A DNA stretch of 63,038 bases, the filler included, from Rhabdomonas costata (Eukaryota), in the NCBI GenBank assembly GCA_019059605.1. It is 33 parts of 33 records of this genome, joined end to end, with 100 filler letters (N's around TTAATTAATTAA, not from the genome) between each part and the next. Parts side by side here need not be neighbours in the genome. Positions count along the whole stretch, not along the records: positions 34,444 to 36,255 come from JAHMHO010008700.1; positions 36,356 to 38,168 come from JAHMHO010008701.1; positions 38,269 to 40,081 come from JAHMHO010008702.1; positions 40,182 to 41,994 come from JAHMHO010008703.1; positions 42,095 to 43,907 come from JAHMHO010008704.1; positions 44,008 to 45,822 come from JAHMHO010008705.1; positions 45,923 to 47,733 come from JAHMHO010008706.1; 26 more parts are not named here. The stretch is one strand, 5' to 3'. Under the pieces are notes generated by a model that was given only the letters and a program-made list of their open reading frames with translations, ran no database searches and had not been told where the DNA came from. This document shows positions 35,566 to 46,801 of the stretch, in pieces. The position numbers and the translations under genes are program-made. Position 1 is the first letter of the stretch, and the number at the start of each line of letters is the position of its first letter.

Positions 35566-38444
35566 GTATGAAGGGCTCGGGTCAAAAGGGGTGCCTGTCG
35601 TTGCTTTGCAGGAAAACAATACCGGACAAATATGGGACCATTGACTGGAAAGATCAACAGCTACTTTGAAGCAGTTTGCCCCGTTCTTATTTCGTTTCTT
35701 CACATTTCGACTGACATGCGCTTCCCACAGTTAAATGACTGCCAGCAGTAGTACTACATACGTTACTTTCCAATATCATCATTTTTTGCTCGGTAGTTGG
35801 TGTTCCTATGTTATCCTCCAACCACTTCGACTCTTGTACAGGAGTGCTAACCGTTCGGGAGGATACCAAAATAAAATCGCAGCGAGAGCACAGGTACGGA
35901 ATGTGGTGCACCACGAGAAAGTAAAGTGAAACTGTGCGCGGAGAGGAGAGGGACCAAGGACAGGGGTGGTGGAACACCGCTAACAGAGGTTGACTCAGCT
36001 CGATTTTTAAGATGCACTCTAAGGTCAATAATTCCCCTGCTCGAACCCCCCTTTCCCCCATTGGGTCAATGTTGACTTTTATGGTAGGCTGGGTTCCCCA
36101 TTGTAAAACAACATTGACTATATAGGGACAAGGGGACACGTGAACTTTGCACAGCTACAACAAAAGTGCCCAAATCGGCTTTTTCCAGCTAAAAAGGCCA
36201 AAACTAGGTGTAAAACGGTGGTTTTTACGCCAAAATTGATGAAAAAAAAACAACANNNNNNNNNNNNNNNNNNNNNNNNNNNNNNNNNNNNNNNNNNNNT
36301 TAATTAATTAANNNNNNNNNNNNNNNNNNNNNNNNNNNNNNNNNNNNNNNNNNNNGTTGTGTGTGTCCAACTTATTGTTGGCTGAAAAGCGCTGTTTTTT
36401 GTGGTAAGGTAGGCAACGTCGTTTACTCAGTGCTGTTCAGGTGTGCCAGAGCGAATGAAAAACCGCCTTGTGCACTGTGAGAAAACCCGTCGGAGGAGCC
36501 TTGCTTTGGTCTGAAAGAGATTGGTCGTTTTTTTATTTGGGAAAGGAGGGGATGTGGAGGGTTCTTCGCTACTTCTGCTGCGCAGGGGGTCCACCACCTG
36601 CTATGCTCTCTGTGTGGGGTGAAGTGGAAGACTCCAAACACTCACATGGTGAATCTGCTTAAGCTGCCCCACCACCCCACTTCAGCCCCATTCTGTTAAT
36701 GCCAGTACAGGGCTTCTTGTCCCCTCGAAGGAGAAGAGTGTGTTTTCAGGATGGGTGTGCGTATGTATGTGTGCTGTGCCATCAGAGCGCTGCCCTGTGG
36801 TTACTTTACTCGGCAACAATGCTGAAGTACGGCTGCGTGTGTTTGCTTCTTCAGAGGTTGTTTGTTTCCAGCGTTTGGATTGTGACGTGTTTTTGGATTT
36901 GGAGGGAGCGGAGTCTTTGTTGCACCCGCCCTCCATCGGGGGGGGGGGATGAAGAGATTCGTCCGTTTTTTTTTCGTGTGATAAACGTTGACTGTCACTG
37001 CCTGTGTCTTTCAGGCTTTTGTAAGAGCAAATATGGTGGGGTAATTACTTTGGAGGGGGTCGTTTTTTAGTTCACAGTGTGTTCACGATGAGAGACGGGA
37101 AGGAGCGGGGCGTTTGGGAAGGGAGAAGTTGGGAGAGTGAGCTTCGTCCTCACTGAGTTCTGCGCAGGCTCACTCTATCACTCTATCTTGCTCGATTTTT
37201 CTTTTCAAATTAGCTGCAGAAGCCCTCGCGGTGCTGAGGAGAGCAAAGTCAAGGGGGACCTCAGGACCTCTTTCTGAACCACCCTGTTCTCTTAACCCCC
37301 CCCCCCAAAAAAAAAGACATGGGAACCGTTTACGGTAACTTCAGAAGCCTTCAGTTGGGGAATAAAACATGAAAACTTTCGCCATAGCCTTCAATTCTTA
37401 CTCATAGGTCGCCTACATCACATTCCAGCCCCTGCGCAACTGAATACCACAGAAAAAGATTCCAATATTTTAATTATTACCCAAACAAGTAGGTATCGGG
37501 TCAAACCGAAAAAGAGATGAAGCTATAATCTCAGAGCAGGCTCCATTTTTAACTGGAAGTGTTCAGCACATTACATTGCAGGGCTCCAGACCTAAGTACA
37601 CCTCACGCACGCAGCCCGCCCTTCAGCCCGCCCTGCTCAGCGAGGATCCCCTCATTGCTTCTCATCTTGCATACACCCACAGGCAGTCTCTTTGCTGCGC
37701 TCGCCATATAGCTGCCCATCCCTTCTGCTCATTCTTGCCGGTGTCGCCTCTTGGAGGCTTACATTGTGCTTGCCACATCCAAATGTAATTTTGTGCCCAT
37801 ACGATGTGAGGAATGCAAGGGTGGTGCGATACAATGGACTTGGAATTGAAAAAGGAGTGGCCAGGGGCCATGCTGTTCGGTGCGTTCAAATGCGTTCTGG
37901 GGGCGGAGTTTTTTTTTGCTTCAGCTTCAATCGTTCAACAGTTGGAGTAGTCGGAGGAGTTCACCAGGGAACCTCTTCGCGCTTCCTCCTGTCTGCGTTT
38001 CCAGCGCACTCTCTCTTGCATCGATGTAATTTCTCTGGCTTGTCCAGGAAAACAGCTGGTCGTATTCCCAAGGTGCGTCAACATCCTCCCCCGGGTGCAG
38101 TACCCTTCACTGAGCCCGAACCGGCCACAAGGCTCGGCATTTTTTCGTTTTTTCCTGTAAACCCCACCNNNNNNNNNNNNNNNNNNNNNNNNNNNNNNNN
38201 NNNNNNNNNNNNTTAATTAATTAANNNNNNNNNNNNNNNNNNNNNNNNNNNNNNNNNNNNNNNNNNNNGGTTTGGGGGCCAAAGGAATTCCGTAATGCGC
38301 ATTTCACACTCGTTGACTCCATTGCCACAGCTAAACAGTAGCAAGGATCTTGGATGGTTCTACTTTAGGCTCTCTTAATAGCCATCAATTTGCCAGACGA
38401 ACGCAACAGCCGTTGTCCCGCAGCTTATTTCGCCTTTCTCTCAG

Positions 38445-39354
38445 GGGAGTGGCTCCCCACGGCGCGGATGGATTCCGAGGGGCTTTCGCACCACAACCCG
38501 CAATACCTTATCGTCGCCGAGCGCACCACCCCGGCCTTCGTATTTGTGATGCAGGAGGACCACCGGTGCGTGTCTGGTGACGACGTGTGTATCTGTGATT
38601 TTGTGGTTCTTTATCTAAAGTTTAGACGAGTGACGAGTGCTGAATCTTGTACGAGGGCCAAGAGAGGCAGCCCAGGTACCAGGGACCATGGAAAGGAGAG
38701 ACAGAAATATTTGTGTGTGACCTTTCTCAGCCAGACTCCGGTCAGTCTTCAGGTAAGTATGCACCCATTCTCAGGCACCCGCTGGCTCCCGTGATTCGCA
38801 GGGAAAGTCCTGGTTGGGGTGGGGTCAGAGTTGTTGTTCACGCCTAAGCGAGAGCAGCGAGGTAGACCGTGATTTCAATCGTGACAGTATCCGTACCAAT
38901 GGTTACCCTTCATATTCACCTGTATGTAGGTCGAGCACGTAAAATGTCAAATCTGGAGTCCACTTGATGGGCACGTCTCCATCTACCTCCCCCCCCCCTT
39001 TTCTCAGGCGATGAAATCATTGGCTAACTTATCCCCTCTCCATGGCTGTCGCTACTCCCACTGTTGCTGCGCGGGTGTTGGTGATGCTGTGTTAAGGAAT
39101 CCAAACACACCGGGGGTTTCCTCTTGGGTTTGCGAAGGAGAGCATGACAGCGAGCTTCCACATGCTTCGTCGCAGGTTTCGCCGAAAGCGTGGGGGCCAG
39201 GGCCTGTATGAGAACAGCTGTGTGGGGGTGTGCCTGGCGAAGTGCCCGAAAGGGGCGCGAATGGGCTCGGAGCTGCTGTCCCGGTCTCACTTCATGTTTG
39301 GCACGAACTTTGTGTGTGGGCGCTCGGTCTCCGCTGAGGTCCTTCTGGAGGAGG
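38445..39354 (+). CDS. Calpain domain III-like exons (38445-38565, 39201-39354; a small intervening exon is likely)
   Basis: GEW...HHNPQYLIV...FVFVMQEDHR and ...TNFVCGRSVSAEVLLEEG resemble calpain-III motifs; phases do not join directly. Confidence 0.7.
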
Positions 39355-40181
39355 GTGTGCCCCTCCTTCCCTTCTCTGCGTGTGGATTGATGGGTGGGGT
39401 GCGTTGGTAAGAAACTGTGATATGAAAGCCTTGGGCTGCCCTTTGTTTTCTGCTTCACTGGCTGGGCAAACCTCCCCTGGGGTCAGCATTTATATGAGGA
39501 GCCACGTTTTCACGGTTTTTCAACCAATTTTTTTTTGAAATTGATCGGGTGTGTTGTGAACGCTCCGCTTCTGCAGACGGCATCGAGGGTATATGTGCCA
39601 TATGTGTTCTTCCCCTTTGATTTTAAATAAGCACGCCCACGCACACATACGTACAATGAGCTGGTGGCACACCACACTTGGGACGCTGCTGGTGTGCCAG
39701 CTAAAATGGCTTCACTCTTTTGGGTCCGTGGAGGTTTGACGACATTTTTATACCGTATGCGTCGCCATACTCCAAAAAGTGCAACCGGTCGTGCAGGCTC
39801 TGTGACTCCTGGTCCTTCCCAAACTTGCATGTTTCTATGGGGCAATGTCATGCAAGACCCAAATTCCCGCTCGAGGCAACGTCCCCGCATCTACTGCCCG
39901 CGCATGCTTGGGGGGCCCCGCAGCGGCACTGACCTCCACCTCTAAAAAAAGTAGTTCTACCCCACGCTGAAGGCTAAGTACCCCTGGGGTTTCCCCAGGC
40001 CTCCAGGCCTCCTGCGTTGCCAGTGCTTGGGGTTAGGGGTTTCCTGACCATGTGACCTTGTAAAATAATCAGTGTGAATGANNNNNNNNNNNNNNNNNNN
40101 NNNNNNNNNNNNNNNNNNNNNNNNNTTAATTAATTAANNNNNNNNNNNNNNNNNNNNNNNNNNNNNNNNNNNNNNNNNNNN

Positions 40182-40365
40182 GTTGGTGTCGTTCGACGTG
40201 GAAAAATGCTTCCCGTCGCTGCCGTGGTGGGCCTTTTTTGGCGTGCTGGAGCGGGCCGTAGCTCCTCCTCATTTGGTGAACTGTTTCCGCAGTTTCTACA
40301 GCCACCTCCGTCAACGATTTCGCTACGGCCAGGTGGATGGAGCCGAGTGGAGTGCGGCCAACGGC
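40182..40365 (+). mobile_element. Non-LTR (LINE-like) reverse-transcriptase fragment, truncated before the QG motif
   Basis: LVSFDVEKCFPSLPW...LER...LVNCFRSFYSHLRQRFRYG...AANG = DxxKAFD..V..W to NG pattern. Confidence 0.75.
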
Positions 40366-41779
40366 CGCACTGAATGATCTCTTGGGCAAGTTCCCCCCGA
40401 TCTTAATATATGTTCCTGTGTTTCACCGAATAAAGACGGTAGCGATCCGGACGAACCTTTTTGAACGCCCAAATGACGAGCAGGTCGACGACTTGAGGGG
40501 AGTAGATGTTGCCGTCTTGGGGGAAAACGGCTTTGCAAGGAGGCCAAGTGCCTTCTTCCTGCGCTGCAGAACCAGAAAATATCTGTCATTGAAAGAGGGA
40601 TGTTTCCTGTCATTCGTTCCCACAAAACGACGTTTTTTCGACCTCCTGGGCAGTATGTATGCTTTGGCAAACGCCAAAGTGAATTGCTACTTTTTCTTTT
40701 CCTTCGAACAATTCTGAGGGTAAGTTGCAGGGAACATTGGACTTGAGATCAAGTGTGCCAAAGCACAACGGTTTAACGCGTTAACAAACATCCCGCTGCT
40801 TCGCAAGATGCAAAGATGAAACTTATACTTTCCAGCGTAATCCGAAAGAACTCCCTTCCGACGTTGCATGATGGCAGGAGAAGGGGTGGGTGCACAAAAT
40901 AAATCCACATCTGGTTAGCATCCACTCGCAGCCGGAGACAATAGAATACTGTCACACCCTGCTCTCCTGGATTGAAAACGTAGAAAGTGATGTCAGAAGA
41001 GGGAGTGAGACAAAGAGACACCTCACTCCACAACTAATTCAATACCTTCTCCACAGCCACACACACACCACACACACACACCAAAAGCTTGGAATTGGGA
41101 AAAGAAGGGGCGCAACGCTCCACCAACGCGGTTGCTCGCTTTCTCTTTCCCTTTCTTCATGCCCTCTCGGTATCTCCTTAATTTTGTACCCTTCATTCTA
41201 AGTTTTCAATTCAAAGAGCTTCGGCACCGCTTGGGTAGAAATTGAGAGGGATGGCCCTTCAGAAAAACCACCCGCTGGTGATGATGCCGAAGAACGAGAC
41301 GTGCATCGAGGGACTATGTGCCCTCCCCTCCTCCTACCCCGCTCAATTATCCACAACCTATGCACTCCGCAAAACAAACTGCTTGGGTTGCTTGGGTGGC
41401 CTCATTTTCCAACAGCCAGAAAAGAGGTATCCTGCGTGTGTGCTTTCAAGACTACAGACTACAAAAAAAAAGAACCGAAGCTGCGTGAGGCAAAGCCATT
41501 CTTTGCATGGCCTTTGCATCCGACGTCTATTCGATTCGACATACTATGCTCCCACGTTCCAAACCAAAATTCGTTTCTCCCACCCAGGAGAGATATACAC
41601 CCCAAAGTCTGCTCTCAGGTAAATGACTTTGGTCACCCCGTGTGCGTGTGGGATGGGAAGAGAGTCAACTTGAGACACAGTCAACTTCATTGCATTGCGA
41701 GTAATCACGAAATAACACACCTTTGCACCAGCCGCCGCCTCGACGACAAGAAGCTGACAGCACTTCTCGGTGCATGGCA

Positions 41780-41935
41780 TGGAAGGTAATACTCCTCTTC
41801 CCCGGTGGCCTCCCACCGAACTTTGTACGGCTGGCTGTCGTGGTCGTCCTCAACAATGCGCCCTCTCTTCCCCGCACCGCCGTCCTTGTCATCGGGGAAG
41901 TCTAGGCCTCTGACGACAGTGTCCCCCTCCTTGGG
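41780..41935 (-). CDS. Exon with a MIB/HERC2-like (SH3-fold) domain
   Basis: CAG|PKEGDTVVRGLDFPDDKDGGAGKRGRIVEDDHDSQPYKVRWEATG resembles VVRGPDW..QDGGxGxxGxV..VxW. Confidence 0.6.
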
Positions 41936-42199
41936 CTGCGAAAAAGAGGGACGGAGAATAGTGACAAAATCAAGACCGCGAAATAGCACCCACANNNNNN
42001 NNNNNNNNNNNNNNNNNNNNNNNNNNNNNNNNNNNNNNTTAATTAATTAANNNNNNNNNNNNNNNNNNNNNNNNNNNNNNNNNNNNNNNNNNNNTGTGGG
42101 GTGCACAAGGGGGGCACAAGGCATTAGGCGGAGGTGGTGGCACCAGTGGAAACAACGCGATGTCGTCGCAAGGGGTGGGGTGGCGGTGGTTGCCACCAA

Positions 42200-43194
42200 C
42201 TAATCGGCACGGCTGAGCAGCCTCCACTGCTGGTCGTAGTTCCTCACCCACGCGAGGGCCCTGGGATTATCTCTGAATAAGCACTGCAGCGTGTCATTCA
42301 GAACGCCCTGAACCCGGGGTAGGTAGGGCATGTGGATGTCGTGGGAGCTGCGCACGTCTTCACAGGAGACGGTCTTGGGCACCTGCCGACCCCTCATAAG
42401 GGGGGGCTTCAGCCACAGCCTCTGTGTCCGGGGGTCCAGGGTAGTGTTCCACAGTCGCGCAAAGGGGTGGGCGTGGTGCTGCAGCTGTACAGCGGCACTG
42501 AGGAGAACCTCGTCACTGTACCAGACCCTTTGAGTGGATGGTGCAGATGGGGGCGGGGGCGCTACCGCTTTTCGGTCTGATCCCAGCTGGTTGCTGGTAG
42601 GGATAACCTTGCGTGCACGTAACCCCTCTGTTCAGACCAAAATCCCTGACGGGTTGTGGATGAGTCTCGCGACAAATACAAAGAATCTGTGTATGTTCTT
42701 TTGTGGGTGTAGAGCACAGTGATGCAACCAACGCGTCATGGTCACAGCGAGTCAGCGGTTGTCAAAATTTTCAAGGTCACACATTCTAAGATATCTAAGA
42801 TATTACAGTTCTCAGACATGGTTTCCAGGTTTTTCATGCAAAATCAAACCAAAACTGAGTCACCATTGGCATTCTGGCATCCTAGCACCTCGGAATGGAT
42901 GACCCAACCAGGCACGTGAGGGAAGCAGAAAAGAAATACAAGTGTTTCTTTTTGCAGCGCGGAATGTTCTCCTCCATGAGCGATGCCGTGTAGTTGTGCA
43001 TTAGGTCCACCATGTCCTGCTGCCCATGGCACTGGTTGAGGGCCATCGTCCGTCTCCACCGCGCAGCGGACATCCCCGTATAAGCCATGCTGAGGTATTC
43101 GGGGGCGTCCTTCCGAGGCAACTTGCAGGGGAAGTTTCGCATCCGGCGAAAGGGCGCGTACAGAAGGTCGTCGGTGTGGATGCCTTCCAGGTCC
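42200..43194 (-). CDS. Hypothetical protein, last two exons (43194-42940, 42527-42200); weak glycosyltransferase-like flavour
   Basis: Phase-2 GT-AG join ...YLSMAYTGMSAARWRR...KKHL|VWYSDEVLL...HDIHMP...LLSRAD-stop. Confidence 0.65.
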
Positions 43195-43309
43195 CTTTTG
43201 CAAAAGTAACTTCCATCCCAACATACTCCCAACCCAACATGGCATAAAGAGCGGGGGCACAGACGTCAATGCCAAAAAACTAAGATATTTTTCTCCTGAA
43301 AAACTAATC

Positions 43310-43907
43310 CCAGGAACACTGCCTCGCGCACTCCGCTCGGCACGAACGAATGAGTCAAACCCAACGCTTCACATGAAGGTGCCATCAGCCACCCAGCGGC
43401 ATGGGGCTGGGCCTGGTACTGACGGCGGAATCGTTCCCTGGGGGCCACCACTCCGTAAGATGGGCCGAAGAGAGCGTGCTCCAGGTGGACTGAAGCAGCA
43501 AAGGGGCCCGCTCCCGAGGGCCCAAAAAGGTGGCAGTGCTTCACCATTAGCGGACCATTGGCCTAGCACCTCCGAAGAGTCGCCAATTTGTACTCAGACA
43601 AGACGGAGGGCATCCGGAAAACCGCACGGAAATGTGAGAGCACGATCCCAACCCACAGTGGAAGCATCATTTGCGAAGCAAAGAGCGCCAGAGAGGAACG
43701 CCACAGGACCATCTCGGTCTCAGTCTCAGTGACCATGCGGAGATGGTCACTGAGACCGAGACCGCCCAAAGAAAGAGGAATGCAGGCTTGTGTCCATTGC
43801 CAATCTGTAATGGGAGAGCCTAGGCACTGACTCAAAGCATCACTAACAAACGCTGCACATGTGCGGAGAGTGGGCATTGGGGCAGGCCCGGCTGAGCGCC
43901 CCAAACC
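43310..43907 (-). mobile_element. CRE-like non-LTR retrotransposon relic (RT thumb and downstream region)
   Basis: WTQACIPLSLGGLGLSD, PVAFLSGALCFA, RERFRRQYQAQPHAAGWLMAPSCEALGL in order, with frameshifts. Confidence 0.7.
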
Positions 43908-44958
43908 NNNNNNNNNNNNNNNNNNNNNNNNNNNNNNNNNNNNNNNNNNNNTTAATTAATTAANNNNNNNNNNNNNNNNNNNNNNNNNNNNNNNNNNNNN
44001 NNNNNNNTGTTGGTTTGTAATACGACATTTCTTTAGTTTTTTTTTTTTTCATGTTACCTGCTGTAATTTCGATTGGTCTTTTTTTCTTGCTTTCTGGTTC
44101 AAGTTTGTGGTGGCACCGGCAGTATGGTATACTTGTTCTCCGTCGTGCGATTGTGGGGGGTGAGAATTTGGCCGATAAGATGAGCAGCAATTTCCGTCCA
44201 ACAGTGACACTCGATGCCTTGCGCGTTTGGACAGCTTATGGTTGAAGACATCTGCCCACCACCCATTTTTAAAGCTGAGACAAACTGAGGTTGAAGGTGG
44301 AAGGTGAGAGGTGGGAGGCCCTCTGCTTCCCCGCGCCGCACCGCAGGACCGGACGAACCTAGAGGTGCTGAAGCGCTCGGGGAAAGAAGCGGACCGGGTC
44401 AATGCCGAGGCCATCCTTCCCCTCGTGAAGTCCCACCATCTGCTTTTGGTTTGTGTATGTGGGTGTGTGGGTGCGTCCTGAAGACCCCAAGCCCTGTGCT
44501 CCTTTGAAAGGTCCATGGTCCATGGCAGCAGCATTTCTTGTGGTCGCATTTCTTGTGGCCTGAAGACCCCATGCAGAAAACGTTGAACGTTTGACAGGAT
44601 CGAAGAAGTGGTGGACAGAGGTGGCTGACCCCTGATAAGGCAGAGTGGGCGAGCGCATTTGTCGGAGCTCCGTGAACCCGGCAGTGCAATTTTATAGGAC
44701 CTTCGCCACCCCAGCTGGAGTGACAGAGCGATAGAGTCAAGCGCAGATAGTCTTGTGACCTCTGAACGGCGGCTGCGTCACAGTGGCTCCAAAAACGACC
44801 TCCATTTAATCCCCCACGGACAACCACCCCCTTCTTCCTCCCAAGGGGGGACATGGTAAGATCGTGAGATGCATCTCAGTTGGTTCACTTCCGGTAGTGA
44901 CCACTCTGTGAGCATTGCACTACCCCTGAAAGGTTGATGTCGCCTGTGGTGACTTTAG

Positions 44959-45146
44959 GTGACCCTTCTGCTGATCAACGCAGCGGCTAACGAGGCGCTG
45001 CCACTTTTTCTTGACCCGCTGGTGTCCCCCCTGGCGAACATCATGATCTCGGTGACGTTGGTACTGTTCTTCGGGGAGATCATCCCCCAGGCCACGTGCA
45101 GCCGCCACGCGCTGGCCGTGGGAGCCTTCTTCGCCCCCCTCGTGTG
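44959..45146 (+). CDS. CNNM/DUF21 transmembrane-domain exon (Mam3/CNNM-like metal transport protein)
   Basis: TAG|VTLLLINAAANEALPLFLD...ISVTLVLFFGEIIPQATCSRHALAVGAFFAPLV|GT: DUF21 GEIIPQ motif. Confidence 0.95.
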
Positions 45147-46540
45147 GTATCTCTGTGCACATGTATGGGCGTCTGGCCGTGCGTTACCCTCTTGTGTGTG
45201 TGTGTGTGTCTCCCCCAAAGCTTCGTGGGTGAGCGTGCGCGTGTGCTCTGGTGCCCAGACCTGGATATGTTTGCATTTTTTCGCTGCTGCCGCTTCGGTC
45301 GGCGTTCATCTTGAATCTGCTTGGCTCTTCACCTGTGGAACTTCTGCACCGGGTTTTTCTCTGCTTCCTTTTCAGTTCCCAACGTTTTGAAAATTGGGCG
45401 TTGCCCACCGGCAACACTATCCGTCACCCTGGCCAACCGACTCCGGGCAGCGGGCAGGAGTATTAGGGGGTTGGATAATGGCTTCGCTTTTCAGACAGCC
45501 AGCCCTGTCAACACGCACCCACCCACACATTCACAAACAAATACACACACGCTGGGCGGTGAGCCCGTAGCCGAAGGTAGTCCTCTCGCGACTAACCGTG
45601 TGTCCAACAGGGCTGTATCCGTTCGTCCATAGCGATGGCCAACATCCCATTAAGCAGCAGCAAGGGCGCTGGGCGCCCAACACACACGTCACCATCACCC
45701 AGCTATCTGGCCTCATCCCATTTTTGCCCAGGTCCTCCGCCTTTTCGGCTTCCAGCGCTCATGGGTTTTCCTTTCCTTTAGGCTGCTGATTTACCTCACC
45801 TTCCCGATCTCTTGGCCCACCCNNNNNNNNNNNNNNNNNNNNNNNNNNNNNNNNNNNNNNNNNNNNTTAATTAATTAANNNNNNNNNNNNNNNNNNNNNN
45901 NNNNNNNNNNNNNNNNNNNNNNGGGGGTTGTTTTTGCTCAGCAGCTGAAAACTTCTGCTAACTGAGGGCCTCCAATGAAAGGGACATGGCAAAACGAGCA
46001 GAACAGCATCAGTTTATGGGCAAAGGCCAGTCCGCGACGCTGCCGGAGCGGGCGACTGGGGAAGGGACATGGGGGCTGTTGACACACTCAACTTCCATTG
46101 CACCGGGATTTCGAATCCCTGTGAGGAGAGTCAGCTTGCCGTCCGTGTGGATGCTAGGGCTCGTAACGGAGTGTACACCACACACCACACCACACACACA
46201 CAGAGAGTTGGGTGTAAAGGGCAAAAACTGGTAAGGATAATGTCAGGCACCCAAGTTGGATCGAATCCATATGCACGGTTTATCACGCTGGTCTCGATTA
46301 GGCGTAGGGATGGAGGCAACTTTGGCCCCTCCTCAACGAGGTCTTCCCCTGTAAAACATGGGGCCCGGCAGGTGCCTGGTTGGGAACTTAAGTTGCCTCG
46401 ACGCGCTTAAACCACACACGACACACACACACACACAGCTCAACGGGGAAAGGCAGTTCAACTGAGCGTCCAACCACAAAATGACCGAGCCAAGAAAAAT
46501 ACTAGCAAGTCACCCAAAAACTCAAACAGACCTGTTTCCA

Positions 46541-46801
46541 GGGCAGCTGGGGTTGAACGTCCGCAGAGTGGTCGGGAGGTTCCTCATCGAGGGGTGCGCG
46601 TTGCGGTGCCAGGGCACCGCGCCCACGTACCTCGTAGGAACACCCTGGCCATATCTGGGGAGCCCGTTGGAGTTCATTATCGCCCCCCTCTTCACCACAG
46701 TCTCCGCGGCGGTGAGGGTGGAGCCCACCCTGGCCGCCGCCCCAACCACCGTCGCCGCCACCCTCGACATCGAAGGGGAAGAAGGGGTGAAGGTGCAGTA
46801 G
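46541..46801 (+). CDS. GC3-rich exon of an unknown protein; strand ambiguous
   Basis: + strand has acceptor ttccAG and ends TAG TAG; - strand has an ATG (MSRVAATVV...) and a donor AG|GT. Confidence 0.4.
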   Translation, partial: GQLGLNVRRVVGRFLIEGCALRCQGTAPTYLVGTPWPYLGSPLEFIIAPLFTTVSAAVRVEPTLAAAPTTVAATLDIEGEEGVKVQ

